A DNA stretch of 63,164 nt, filler included, from Octopus bimaculoides (Eukaryota): the NCBI RefSeq assembly GCF_001194135.2. It is 4 parts of 4 records of this genome, joined end to end, with 100 filler letters (N's around TTAATTAATTAA, not from the genome) between each part and the next. Parts side by side here need not be neighbours in the genome. Positions count along the whole stretch, not along the records: positions 1 to 23,794 come from NC_068988.1; 3 more parts are not named here. One strand, written 5' to 3'. A program made the position numbers and the translations under genes. This document shows, one piece after another, positions 12,957 to 23,894 of the stretch. Positions within the stretch are counted from its first letter, which is position 1. The number at the start of each line of letters is the position of its first letter. The notes beneath the pieces were generated by a model. The model was given only the letters and a program-made list of their open reading frames with translations. It was not told where the DNA came from and did not search any database.

Positions 12957-13603
12957 CGGGATCTATTTCAAAACGGGGGCACCAGTATTTTCTTAACGAA
13001 ACACTAACGAAACACTTTGAAACTTGGGACACTGGTAGAATGTGTCATATAAAACATCTTTTACTCTTAGTCTTCTTAACAAAAAAACGTACATCGCAAG
13101 TTATTCCATGTTAAAGTTGTCGTATTTCTGTAATTTCAACCAATCACCGACGTCTATTCAGCTGAATAGAGTTACTGCTGGGTGGTCATAAAAATGTTAT
13201 TCTCTGTGACATATTTCATCCGGTTTAATTGTAATTTATACGCATATATTGTTTATATAATAAATTACGCTGTGCGTATCTATGTGTGTAACAATTTTAG
13301 AGTTCGGATTCTAGAGTTAGGGTTAGTTTTAGGGTTAGGGTTAACAGTCTAGTTAGGGTTAGGGGATTAATACGATATACACCGTTACAGCGCTAACTGT
13401 TTTCAACTGAATAGACGTCAGTGATTAGTAGAAATTATCGAAATAAGACAATTTTTTACATGAAATAAATTCGAATACAAAAATTTTTTTCTGTTCTATA
13501 ACACAAAATAGATAAGTATACGAAGTTTGAAAGTCTTTCGGTACCAAAAACACTACATAAAACATAAATGAAAACTGGTGCCCCCGTTTTGAAATAGATC
13601 CCA
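12957..13603. mobile_element. TA-TSD MITE (Tc1/mariner superfamily) with internal inverted repeats and a TTAGGG-like tract
   Basis: TA at 12955-12956 and 13604-13605. The 29-bp TIR GGGATCTATTTCAAAACGGGGGCACCAGT is perfect on both sides. Inner inverted pair at 13142-13166 / 13402-13426 and degenerate TTAGGG units at about 13317-13365. Confidence 0.9.
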
Positions 13604-15699
13604 TATACGCATATAATTTTGCACTCGTAAAACACTTCACAAGTTGTAAAATAAGTCAAGTGCAATGTCTGTCTGCCTGTCTGTCTGTCTACATATATAT
13701 ACTTATGTGCATAAATATTTGCCCATAGTTCTCCAGTAAACATGCTCATATGTGAGCAGAAATAAACAACCAAACACAAACATTGTGTGCATGTGCTTGA
13801 GCCACCTTTGATAAAGTGGTGGTGAGTAAATGTGATTCAATTCAGATCACATGAATGGATGGTCCTCTCTGAAGGTTTCTAGGAGAGAAATAAATTGGAA
13901 ATTTCCAATTGAAATTAGAAGTACTTGGAGCAAATAGAGAGAGATACAACCATAATATCACAAGAAAAATACCTCTATGAGTGAACAGATGGTGATACAA
14001 CCATAATATCAAAATGGGAGAGAAAGGTAATTGAAAATTATGATAGGAATTGAATTTTGTACCAGTAAGAGAGAAAGAATTCAAAACAGAAAGATTGGGT
14101 AGGGGTGAGACTGAATGAAATTCAACTCAGTTATATTGTCATATATGTGAAAGAGGCAGTAACAAGTTGGAAAGCTAAAGGCTGAAGAATAAAATACGAT
14201 AAATCAGTTTACTTAGCTGTTTTAGTTTCGATGTGCTGTGTTATCTCCTGAAGTGAAACTGCACATCATTTGCCAAATATCCTAGAGCCGACATACTAAG
14301 GAAGTTAATCATAATAACAGTGCTAATGATGATATTAATAAAAATAATAATTATAACATTATAATTATAACATTATATAATGCATTTCTCTCAAATGACA
14401 ATGTTAATGATCTTATTGTACTCTTAAGTTTTAAATGTCTGTAAATTCAAATGCTCCTTGCTTATTTTTTTATTCATTATTTAGTACCAAACTTTACCCA
14501 CACTTGATCACTATTTTAAGTGATATCAGACTCTTTGATGATGGTATTATATCCTGGCCTGAATATCCTATTTAAGAATATCCTATGATTAAATATACTC
14601 TTCCATTGCATTTAATATAACACTACCCTTCATTTTTTTCTATGGGATGTAAACTTTGATGATTTTCTTTTGATTGAATCTGTTGTTTATATATTGTTAC
14701 TTGTCTTTTAAAATAATATACCTAATTATCATCATTATCATTTAATGTTCACTTATCCATGCTTGCATGGGTTTGACAGTTATTTTTTTTATTATTTCTT
14801 AATTTTCTAGGTTTAACTATTTATTTTATTTTACTTGAATTCTAAACTCCATTATAATTACACTTTCTTGTACTCTATTTTATAACTTTTTTTAATATTT
14901 GTTCAGTGTTATAATTTTATCCTGTACATTCCTTAGTAGTATGTATTATTTAGCATATATGTGTGCATATATTTAAGCTTACATACGTTTTTTTAATGTA
15001 TATACTGCTTAAAGATATTTCTTATCAATTGTTTTAAGAATAGACATGTTCTGGTTTGTTGTGGCACATAGATTAGAATCTTAGTCAATTTGGTTGGTTC
15101 TATTGCTTTGAAATAAGAGTATAGTTTATGACTAATGATTAACTGCCCATCAAAATTTCACCTAGCAACAAATTCTAACACCTGAATCAAATATGACTAT
15201 TAGATCACTCCCTCTCTAAAATAAGCAAACATTACTTTAGTTGCGTTTGGAATTCTGTTTTGATATCTCCAGCCTATGTTGAAGTTTTCTTGTGTCATTC
15301 TGTTTCGTAATAAGTGTTTCTTCCCTCATATTAACCACCCTGTTTTATCAGGATGAAGTAGGGTGGTTATATAGCAATACAAATTTATGTAATTGACTTC
15401 ATATTTTGGGAGTAAACTCTTCCCTAAATACAATTGAAACACATGATGTTTTGAACTATCCATTTGTTTTTTGCTTACTAAATGATACACAGTGCAATAT
15501 GTACCAATTTTATTTTTGATACGTATACAGATTTGCTGGATACCTGAGATCATAAACAACTGTTAAACTTTGTATGGACTGCTGTACTGACTAGTTGAAT
15601 TACCTGACATACTTTCTTTTAGCAAAGGATATGTGAAAGTGCTTCCAAATTAATTTACCAAGTTCTGTTTGATCCCCTGTGTTTTTATATGTGTGTATA

Positions 15700-16630
15700 T
15701 GAGGGGGTACCCAAAAGAAATTGGAATTTTGCAATATTATTTTATTCACTTACTTTTACATGTTTACACTTTTATCATCTTCAAAATATTCTCCATTTGA
15801 AGCAATGCATCAGTTCAAGCGCATTTTCCACTGTTTCAAGCAGTCTTGGGACTCTTGTAAAGTGGTGTCTTTTAACACCTCCGCCATTTTTTTTTTTTCT
15901 TCACATCTTCCATATCTGAAAATCCTTTAAGGATTTTTTTTCGTTAAAAAAAAAAGTTGCAAGGAGCAAGACAGGGTGAATAGGGAGAGTGGGTAAGCAG
16001 GGTCATGACATTTTTGGTCAAAAACTGTCTCACACTCAAGGTGGAGTGCACAGGCACATTGTCATGATGAAACCACCACTCTTCACTTTGCCACAGGTTG
16101 GGGTGCCTTCATCTCTCTCTGTCTCACAAATGCTTCAGAACTTCCAAGTGAAATGTCTGGTTAACAGTTTGACCAGGAGGAACAAATTCTGTATGGACAA
16201 TTCCTTTCGCATCAATGAAACAAATCAGCATTGTCTTGACATTGGGCTTCACTCGATGTGCTTTTTGGGGGCGTGGTGACATCAAATGCTTCCACTGACT
16301 TGATTGCTGCTTTGTTTCCAGGTCATAGCCATAGCACCAGCTTTCATCACCAGTAATGGCCTTCAAAAAAAGGTCCAGAACAACTTCCAATTGTTCATTC
16401 AGTTTATGACGCACATTCAGTCATGACTGCTTTTGATCATCCATGAGCAAGCGTGGCACAAATTTTGCTGCAACTCTTTCCATTTGCAGTTCCTCACTCA
16501 AAATTCGTTGTTTGTGATGTTTTCATTCAGTTGGGAGGTCAACGGTCACACTGAAGGAGGTTGGTCTTCAAGCAATAAGTGACCATTCCTAGAACATGGA
16601 AACCACTCGTAAACTTGTTTTGTTCATGGC
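15700..16630 (-). mobile_element. Decayed mariner element, one end truncated by an RTE LINE
   Basis: TA|TGAGGGGGTACCCAAAA terminus. ORF 16124-16414 reads ITGDESWCYGYDLETKQQSSQWK...KTMLICFIDAKGIVHTEFVPPGQTVNQTFHLEVL, and KFVPRLL lies upstream in the coding sense. Confidence 0.92.
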
Positions 16631-18190
16631 AGCATTCTTGTAAGCTGTTTGAAGTATGATAACTGTTTTGGCCACCATTTTCCCCAGCAGAAAACAATTT
16701 CATGGAAGCACGTTAACCCATCTGTGTCCTTAAGTGCTGTTACTTCTGACTTATAGAATGTCAGCCCTTTCCTGCATCTTTTTAAACTTTTCCTTTCCTC
16801 TGCAGTCTGTATCGATTTCTTCAGCCTATAATTCTCAAAGTCATTTCTTAGATGTTGTCTGATTGCTTTGCATAGAATGGAATACTTAAGGTGATTTGTC
16901 ATGTTCCTCTTCATTGTTTTCCGTATTTCTAGCATTTTCTTAGTCTCCTCCAAAATTCTTCCTTCAGGCTCCTACTGGCTTGCAGTTTTTGCTTTCCATA
17001 TGCAGCTTTTAATTTTCTGGACCAGCAAATTGTAGTTCTTATCAAACATTTTAAGTTGACTCCAAATTTCCTTCTTGATAGCTTTTGTAATTGTTTCAGA
17101 CCAAAGGCCTTGATGCATTGATACTTCATTGAGATATGCAGAGCCTTTTTCTCTCAGATTTCATTGATCATCATCTTTGCCTGTTGCAAGCAATGACCAC
17201 TGCTTTTATTGAATGGTGCTATGACTGCAATATACACTGTTTATTGACCAGGATGTCAATTCCATTTTATGTTGAGCATTTGGGGGATATCCAGGTCCAT
17301 CTCCTTCCAGGTTGCTTTCTGTATAGCCTGTTCCCAATATAAAATTTTTTTGTCTCTGCCATGATAACCAAACATTCTCCTTTTTTGTTTCTCTTTTCTG
17401 TTTCGAACATAGCAACATATTTCTCTCCCTGTCGTCCTTTTCCAACCTTTGCATAGAAATCTCCCATCACTATGGCATAGGTGGATTTGTGTGCTAGTGC
17501 TTTCTTTAGCTTTTGGTAGAATTCTTTCACTTTGTCATCTTTGCTCATGTTTGTGGGAGCATAGGTCTGGATGGTCTTCTGGATGGCATTTCTTATGAGA
17601 TAAATGTTTAGCACTCCAATGCATGATGAAGGCAATTGGCAAGAAACAATTCTTGAAGACCATTCTTTGCTTATGACAAACCCTGTTGCTTTTGTACCTT
17701 CCACTTTTTCCAGTCTCATGACACTTTCATCCATACATCTCATATTTATTTATTTCCTTTGATGTGGTTCATAGATCCTTAGCACATCACATTTGATTTT
17801 CTTTTTCTCTTTCGTTAGATGAGTCATTCTGGTTGTCCCTGCCAAAGACCAGCAATTGTAGGCAAGAGTTGTTATCCCATTCCTTGGTGACTTATTGGCA
17901 CCTCAGATTCTTAGCAGCCTCTGATTGCTCAGATTTTGCTCTGCCATCTTGAAACAGTCCAATTGACCTGCAGCATACTGAGGCCCATTTCTTTGCATTG
18001 TTTTAGTTTTCCAGATGAGACCACCCTGTTGGCTAGGCAGGCAGGCTATTTATTACCTCTTCAGTTTAGCTAGCTTCCAACCTCTAGTGAATTGACTGTG
18101 TGCTCACTTCCTTGAGGTAGTTCTTCTGCAGGCTCAGTAGTTTAGTACTTTCGTAGCTTGGTTAAACCTGCCAAAGCAAATGCCTCATTA
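16624..18190 (-). mobile_element. RTE-clade LINE 5' region (apurinic endonuclease)
   Basis: ORF 17267-17743 contains QTYAPT, IVMGDFYAKVG, RNKKGECLV and WTWISP, followed by a basic linker (ORF 16624-16953). The upstream boundary is approximate. Confidence 0.88.
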
Positions 18191-18252
18191 CCATAGCGAC
18201 CGGACAACCATTGCTACTGCTGCACCTCTATGAAATTCTACTTCAGTATTTC

Positions 18253-18310
<58 letters not shown>

Positions 18311-18317
18311 GATGCTT

Positions 18318-18370
18318 GATGGGTGCTGATGAAGGAGCAGAAACTCTTGAAATATGTCATATATGCCCAT
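18318..18370 (+). ncRNA. Decayed minimal hammerhead motif
   Basis: CTGATGA-AGGAG(cagaaa)CTCTT-GAAA-TATGTC. Core and helix II are intact. Helix III would be the palindrome ACATGT with a C>T change, and helix I is interrupted by ATATA. Confidence 0.45.
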
Positions 18371-18497
18371 TACCCATTTTTCGTCTTCAATCTCATTGTT
18401 TACATCAGACCTCTCGGATGTGGAACCTAACAAAAATCAGTGCTGACTATAATTTCTATAATAAATCTGTAGAGATAGCCTTAACAAGTGATATATA

Positions 18498-18708
18498 TCA
18501 TCACCATCATCATTTAATGTCTGTTGTCCATGCTGGCATGGGTTGGATGGTTTAACCAGAGTTGGCAGGCTGGAGAGCTGCATCAGGCTCCAGTTTGATT
18601 TGGTATAGTTTCTATGGCTGGATGTCCTTCCTGATGTCAACCACTTTACAGTGTGCTGGGTGCTTTTACATGGTACTGGCATGAGTGCTTTTTATGTGGC
18701 ACTGGTAC
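18498..18708 (+). mobile_element. Interspersed repeat family C
   Basis: CATCATCATTTAATGTCTGTTGTCCATGCTGGCATGGGTTGG...GCTGGATGTCCTTCCT. Homologous to 50058-50283. Confidence 0.85.
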
Positions 18709-18783
18709 ACGTCTTTTACAGTATATATGTGTGTGTGTGTGTGCGTGCGTGCGTGTGTGTCTGCGTGCGTGTGTGTGTGCATG

Positions 18784-18816
<33 letters not shown>

Positions 18817-18903
18817 ATATATGTGTGTGTGTGTTTTTCTCCTTGTCTCCGTATTCTTTCTGTTGAAGAGCGTAGCTCGAANNNNNNNNNNTTGTCTCCG
18901 TAT

Positions 18904-18940
18904 TCTTTCTGTTGAAGAGCGTAGCTCGAAACGTCAAAGA
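18904..18940 (+). ncRNA. Minimal type I hammerhead-like motif with an A6U core variant, in a short repeat (~18835-19025)
   Basis: TCTTT-CTGTTGA-A-GAGC(gta)GCTC-GAAAC-GTC-AAAGA. Perfect 5-bp helix I, 4-bp helix II, ACGT palindromic helix III and GUC triplet. Core position 6 is U rather than A. Confidence 0.55.
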
Positions 18941-19069
18941 CTTTCCGTATTCCCGAGCGTCATACTAATATATACTTTTGTTATTTACACCACCTGTCCT
19001 CGTCTGTTGTTATTATTTCTATATTCTCCCATATATATATATATATATATATATTGGAATCTCCCATTG

Positions 19070-19345
19070 AAGATTGCATATGAATGTTCAGTTTTTGTTG
19101 AATGACCTACACAAATGATTTGTTTATAGTGATCAAATGTATCTGCTGTACATGAAGCTCACACCTTCTATCAGTACATTGCCTGAACAGGTGCACATTG
19201 TACCACATGTCAGGTGTCAAAGTGGTTGCAGACCAATGTGAGATGAAGTGTTTTGCTCAAGAGCGCAATGCAACCCCTCGTCCAGGAATTGAAACCATGA
19301 TCTCATGATCTTGAGTGCAACACCCTAACCACTAGGCCATGTACC
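19070..19345 (-). mobile_element. tRNA-derived SINE (family D type)
   Basis: The minus strand reads GGTACATGGCCTAGTGGTTAGGGTGTTG...GGTTTCAATTCC...CTTGAGCAAAACACTTCATCTCACATTG (A-box, B-box and conserved central segment). Confidence 0.8.
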
Positions 19346-19364
19346 CTCACACATACACATATCT

Positions 19365-19753
19365 TTTACATGTTTTAGTCAGTGTAATGTGGTTATGCTG
19401 GGGCACCAACTTGCAGTACTTTTATTTGAACAGATCAACCCCAGCACATACTTTCAAGTCTGGTGCTTATTGTATCAGTTCCTTTTGCCAAACTGCTAAG
19501 TTACAGAGACATAAAGAAACCAACACTGGGTGTCAAGTACTGGTGGGGAACAAATACAAGACAAACACAGACATAAACACACATATAGATGTAATGGGCT
19601 TCTTTCTGTTTCTGTCTGCCAAATCTATTCTCAAGGCTGTGGTCAGCCTGGGGCTATTGTAGAAGACACTTGCCCGAGGTGCCATGGTGTGGGACTGAAC
19701 CCAGGATCATGTGGTTGGGAAGCAAACTTATTACCACACAACCACACCTGCGC
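19365..19753 (-). mobile_element. SINE family A, full length
   Basis: Reverse complement of the GCGCAGGTGTGGTTGTGTGGTAA head, GGGTTCAGTCCCAC, GCACCTCGGGCAAGTGTCTT and the family tail. Confidence 0.88.
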
Positions 19754-20162
19754 TCTCTGTCTGTTTGTCTGTCTCTCTCATATATATATATATATATATA
19801 GANNNNNNNNNNNNNNNNNNNNNNNNNNNNNNNNNNNNNNNNNNNNNNNNNNNNNNNNNNNNNNNNNNNNNNNNNNNNNNNNNNNNNNNNNNNNNNNNNN
19901 NNNNNNNNNNNNNNNNNNNNNNNNNNNNNNNNNNNNNNNNNNNNNNNNNNNNNNNNNNNNNNNNNNNNNNNNNNNNNNNNNNNNNNNNNNNNNNNNNNNN
20001 NNNNNNNNNNNNNNNNNNNNNNNNATATATATATATATATATATAGTTTTCTTTAATACATTGTAACTAATTTCCAGTACTCAGAGTTACTCATTCCTGA
20101 TCACCAGCTGGTAAATTGAGTCAGTTTCTCTTTTGGAATATTCACAGTTTAAACATTTTTGG

Positions 20163-20403
20163 AAATATGAAATGAAAGTTTAAAGAAAATGCTTATCCTT
20201 ATGTTTTTTTGTTTTTTTTTGTGTTTCAAAACCTTTGTAATGACACATGCAAAAAACGGCTGCTTCAAGCTCACATTTTTTATTTCATTTTTACTTCTCA
20301 AAATACGAGCTTGAAGCAACCATTTTTGTATGTGTTGTTCGCAAAGGTTTCTAAACAACAGCATAAAGATAAGTGTTTTCTACAAGCTTTCATTTCATAT
20401 TTT
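20163..20403. mobile_element. Foldback/palindromic element (~240 bp, MITE-like)
   Basis: Left arm AAATATGAAATGAAAG...GCTTCAAGCTCACATTTT aligns along about 110 nt with the reverse complement of the right arm (roughly 80% by eye), with a spacer of about 19 nt. Confidence 0.75.
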
Positions 20404-20429
20404 AGAAAATATTCAAACAGTGAATATTT

Positions 20430-20935
20430 CAAAAGAAAAGGGTGAAGTGAATTTTGTGATATGGCTGCCCAAATCACCATAGAGCCATCTCTATGCTTCA
20501 TAGTTGGAACCAAACAGTCACAAAGGCTTCTTTGGTTGTCTGTATACATAAATTTGCCTTTAAATAGGAAAAAGAGTATATGCTGATTCGTCAGAGATGA
20601 CTTTGTTCCATTTTGTCTGCTAACCACTTCTAGACACCAATTTTTTCTGCTTATCAATGTTAATGGGGGACAAGATAACTTCAGCAGTTGCACCCTCTCA
20701 TAGCATCCAGTTTTATGGAGCTTTCAATGAATAGGTTTTCTTGACACAGTGTTGGCAAGATGGTGGTTTGGCTCTGCTTTCACTTTTGCTGCTGTAGCTC
20801 AGTGGATTTTAAACAACATATATCACTAATCTGCATTCCCTCTCTGCAAGCTTCATCTTCCATCCAGAATTATGCTTATCAGAGGTAGTTTTACCTTGGT
20901 TTTTGAATGCCTCCTGATTTTAGAGATTGCCTCTT
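20430..20935 (-). mobile_element. Decayed Tc1-type transposase fragment
   Basis: Frameshifted GWKMKLAERECRL..., KLHKTG, WNKVISDES and DCLVPTMKHRDGSMVIWAAIS (Tc1 SDES and PTxKHGGGSVMxW motifs). Confidence 0.8.
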
Positions 20936-21132
20936 GAAATATTAAACAATTCAGTAGTTTTTGTGACTAAAGCTTCTCTCATCTGCACTCTGACAATTTG
21001 TCCTCTTTGGAAATATGGGTCACATATTTTAACTCATTTAAGCATAAATATCTATAAAAAAAGTTTTAAAAAAAGACACTCAGGACTATATTATGAAGTA
21101 CAAGACATGCATTATGCTTATGTACACATATA

Positions 21133-21522
21133 GGTGCAGGAGTGGCTGTGTGGTAAGTAGCTTGCTTACCAACCACATGGTTCTGGGTTCCGTCCCACTG
21201 CGTGGCCCCTTGGCAAATGTCTTCTACTATAGCCTCGGGCCGACCAAAGCCTTGTGAGTGGGTTTGGCAGATGGGAACCGAAAGAAGCCTGTCGTATATA
21301 TGTATATATATATGTATATGTGTGTATATGTTTGTCCTCTCAACATCGCTTGACAACCGATGTGTTTACGTCCCCATCACTTAGCGGTTCGGCAAAAGAG
21401 ACCGATAGAATAAGTACTAGGCTTACAAAGAATAAATCCTGGGGTCGATTTACTCGACTAAAGGCAGTGCTCCAGCATGGCCGCAGTCAAATGACTGAAA
21501 CAAGTAAAAGAGTAAAGAGTAT
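21133..21522 (+). mobile_element. SINE family A, full length, low divergence
   Basis: GGTGCAGGAGTGGCTGTGTGGTAAG head, internal (TA/TG)n and tail GGGGTCGATTT...CAGCATGGCCGCAGTCAAATGACTGAAACAAGTAAAAGAG. Highly similar to 32115-32513. Confidence 0.92.
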
Positions 21523-21799
21523 ATATACAGACTGGAACAATTCTGAATTTGTCATTGCCAACAGAAAAGATAATTAAATGAAAAATGTTGTTTCCTCTAT
21601 CTCCCCAACCACCATGTATATCTGTTTGTGTTTAGATATGTATATATGTACACGTTATAGTTAGATCCTTTGTAAATCTTAAAAATAAGTTTGCAGAATG
21701 TTATTTAAATTCCATCTGTATCTTCAGTTAGAAATAACCTTTATTCTTATTTTGTGTATTTTAAGTTTGTCCTGAAATTTGAACCTATTTTCTTTATAG

Positions 21800-21850
21800 C
21801 ATTCAGAAAGAATTGGCTGAGATAACTCTGGATCCACCACCCAACTGCAG
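21800..21850 (+). CDS. UBE2E: Internal coding exon (51 nt, phase 2/2) of a UBE2E-family ubiquitin-conjugating enzyme, helix 1 region
   Basis: Acceptor tttctttatAG at 21798-21799 and donor GTaaac at 21851. Reads c-ATT CAG AAA GAA TTG GCT GAG ATA ACT CTG GAT CCA CCA CCC AAC TGC AG = IQKELAEITLDPPPNC(S), the diagnostic UBE2E/UbcD2 sequence. Phase joins correctly to the exon at 23220. Confidence 0.96.
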
Positions 21851-22047
21851 GTAAACTGGAAGCTGTTAAAATTTTTCTTAATTTAAAAAAAATTTAATTC
21901 AATAAGAAAAATCCAATATCAGAACCTGTGTTTTATGAAATACTCAGTATCTTACAGTAAATAGCATACATATTATGTCCATCAGCATGTGGTATTTATT
22001 TATAATTGTGATATATTATACATACATATGCGTGTGTGTGTGCTCAG

Positions 22048-22201
22048 ACATGACTGTGCAGTGAGAAGTTTGCTTTCCAATCACATATTTTCGGGTTCAG
22101 TCCCACTGTGTGGTACCTTGGACAAGCATCTTCTATTATAGCCTTAGGCTGACCAAAGCCTTGTGAGTGGATTTGGTAGACAGAAAATGAAAGAAGCCTG
22201 G
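22048..22201 (+). mobile_element. SINE family A, 5' portion, inside the UBE2E intron
   Basis: GGGTTCAGTCCCACTGTGTGGTACCTTGGACAAG...CCAAAGCCTTGTGAGTGGATTTGGTAGAC. Confidence 0.85.
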
Positions 22202-22720
22202 CATATATATGTATATTTTCTCCTGAAATATATAAAGGTTTTTCAGCTCATCTCTGCTTTGTTAGAAGCTTTCCTTTTCATTTATTATCCTACTTCCATA
22301 CACACACATGTATATATGTAAGTATATATGTATATATAATGTATATATGTATGCTTGTATGTGTGTATGNNNNNNNNNNNNNNNNNNNNNNNNNNNNNNN
22401 NNNNNNNNNNNNNNNNNNNNNNNNNNNNNNNNNNNNNNNNNNNNNNNNNNNNNNNNNNNNNNNNNNNNNNNNNNNNNNNNNNNNNNNNNNNNNNNNNNNN
22501 NNNNNNNNNNNNNNNNNNNNNNNNNNNNNNNNNNNNNNNNNNNNNNNNNNNNNNNNNNNNNNNNNNNNNNNNNNNNNNNNNNNNNNNNNNNNNNNNNNNN
22601 NNNNNNNNNNNNNNNNNNNNNNNNNNNNNNNNNNNNNNNNNNNNNNNNNNNNNNNNNNNNNNNNNNNNNNNNNNNNNNNNNNNNNNNNNNNNNNNNNNNN
22701 NNNNNNNNNNNNNNNNNNNN

Positions 22721-22766
<46 letters not shown>

Positions 22767-22777
22767 GTATATATATG

Positions 22778-22824
<47 letters not shown>

Positions 22825-23154
22825 TTACACATGATTTCATATTAAAATTTTGGAATAATTAAACAAGTTCAAATTGTGATTCAGACCAAAAAAGAACAGG
22901 GAAATTCAAAATAGTTGAAAATATATTACTAAAGAAAGTATGATAGTAGTTACTTTTTAAATCAAAAACTATATTCGAAGATTTTAGAGCTTTTTTTTAG
23001 AGACAGATAAGTGCTGAACTCCGCAAAATATTTTAATAAGATATACCAAATTTGGATGAGTAAATAACTATGTTAGCAATTCTATCTTAACCATCAGAAT
23101 GTAATTAAATAATTTATACTTTTTACATGTCATGATTGAATTTCTTATAATTAA

Positions 23155-23388
<234 letters not shown>

Positions 23389-23498
23389 TGAATATAATTC
23401 ATCTTAATATCAGGAAATCTGATGAACATTTTATCCAGTGAGATGACGATGACAACAACAACATATATGAAATTGAACAAAATAGTGTTGGCTATAGC

Positions 23499-23794
23499 CT
23501 AGTCACCCGTATTACGAACCAGGTGATACACGAAGGAGTCATACCCAATGACTGGTGTAGCAGCATCATAGTCAACTGCTACAAAGGTAAAGGTGACGCT
23601 TTAGATACAAATAATTACAGAGGCATCAAGCTGTTAGATCAGGTTATGAAAGTTACAGAGAGGGTCATAGCCCAACTAATTAGGGAGCAAATCAATTTAG
23701 ATGAGATGCAGTTTAGGTTCGTGCCAGGTAAAAGCACTACTGATGCCTCATTTCTAGTGAGACAGCTGCAGGAGAAATACCTAGCTAAGGATAA
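23499..23794 (+). mobile_element. RTE-clade LINE reverse transcriptase fragment, cut by the scaffold join
   Basis: Open frame IPNDWCSSIIVNCYKGKGDALDTNNYRGIKLLDQVMKVTERVI...QFRFVPGKSTTDASFLVRQLQEK (RT subdomains 1-2), with no stops. Confidence 0.92.
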
Positions 23795-23894
23795 NNNNNN
23801 NNNNNNNNNNNNNNNNNNNNNNNNNNNNNNNNNNNNNNTTAATTAATTAANNNNNNNNNNNNNNNNNNNNNNNNNNNNNNNNNNNNNNNNNNNN
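23795..23894. other. Artificial scaffold-join linker 1 (44 N + TTAATTAATTAA + 44 N)
   Basis: Exactly 100 bp with the 12-mer at 23839-23850. The 12-mer gives stops in all six frames, and the structure is identical to the other two linkers. Confidence 0.95.

Noticed and set aside
13317-13365. Telomere or interstitial telomere fusion site
   Set aside because: Only a few degenerate TTAGGG units, located inside a TIR-bounded MITE.
15140-15560. Possible Penelope GIY-YIG C-terminal fragment (related to 7990-8110)
   Set aside because: The two segments look related to each other, but the protein motifs are too degraded to assign.
18843-18930. Tandem (dimeric) hammerhead arrangement suggested by a 39-nt duplication
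   Set aside because: The duplicate copies sit either side of a 10-N gap, typical of an unmerged contig overlap, so the dimer is probably artifactual.
23523-23794. Next UBE2E exon or a domesticated RT gene
   Set aside because: The sequence is RTE reverse transcriptase with no UBC similarity. It is too short and cut by a join, so domestication cannot be argued.
23839-23850. TTAATTAATTAA as a biological motif (homeodomain site or PacI site)
   Set aside because: It is centred in exactly 44+44 Ns three times, so it is an assembly linker.
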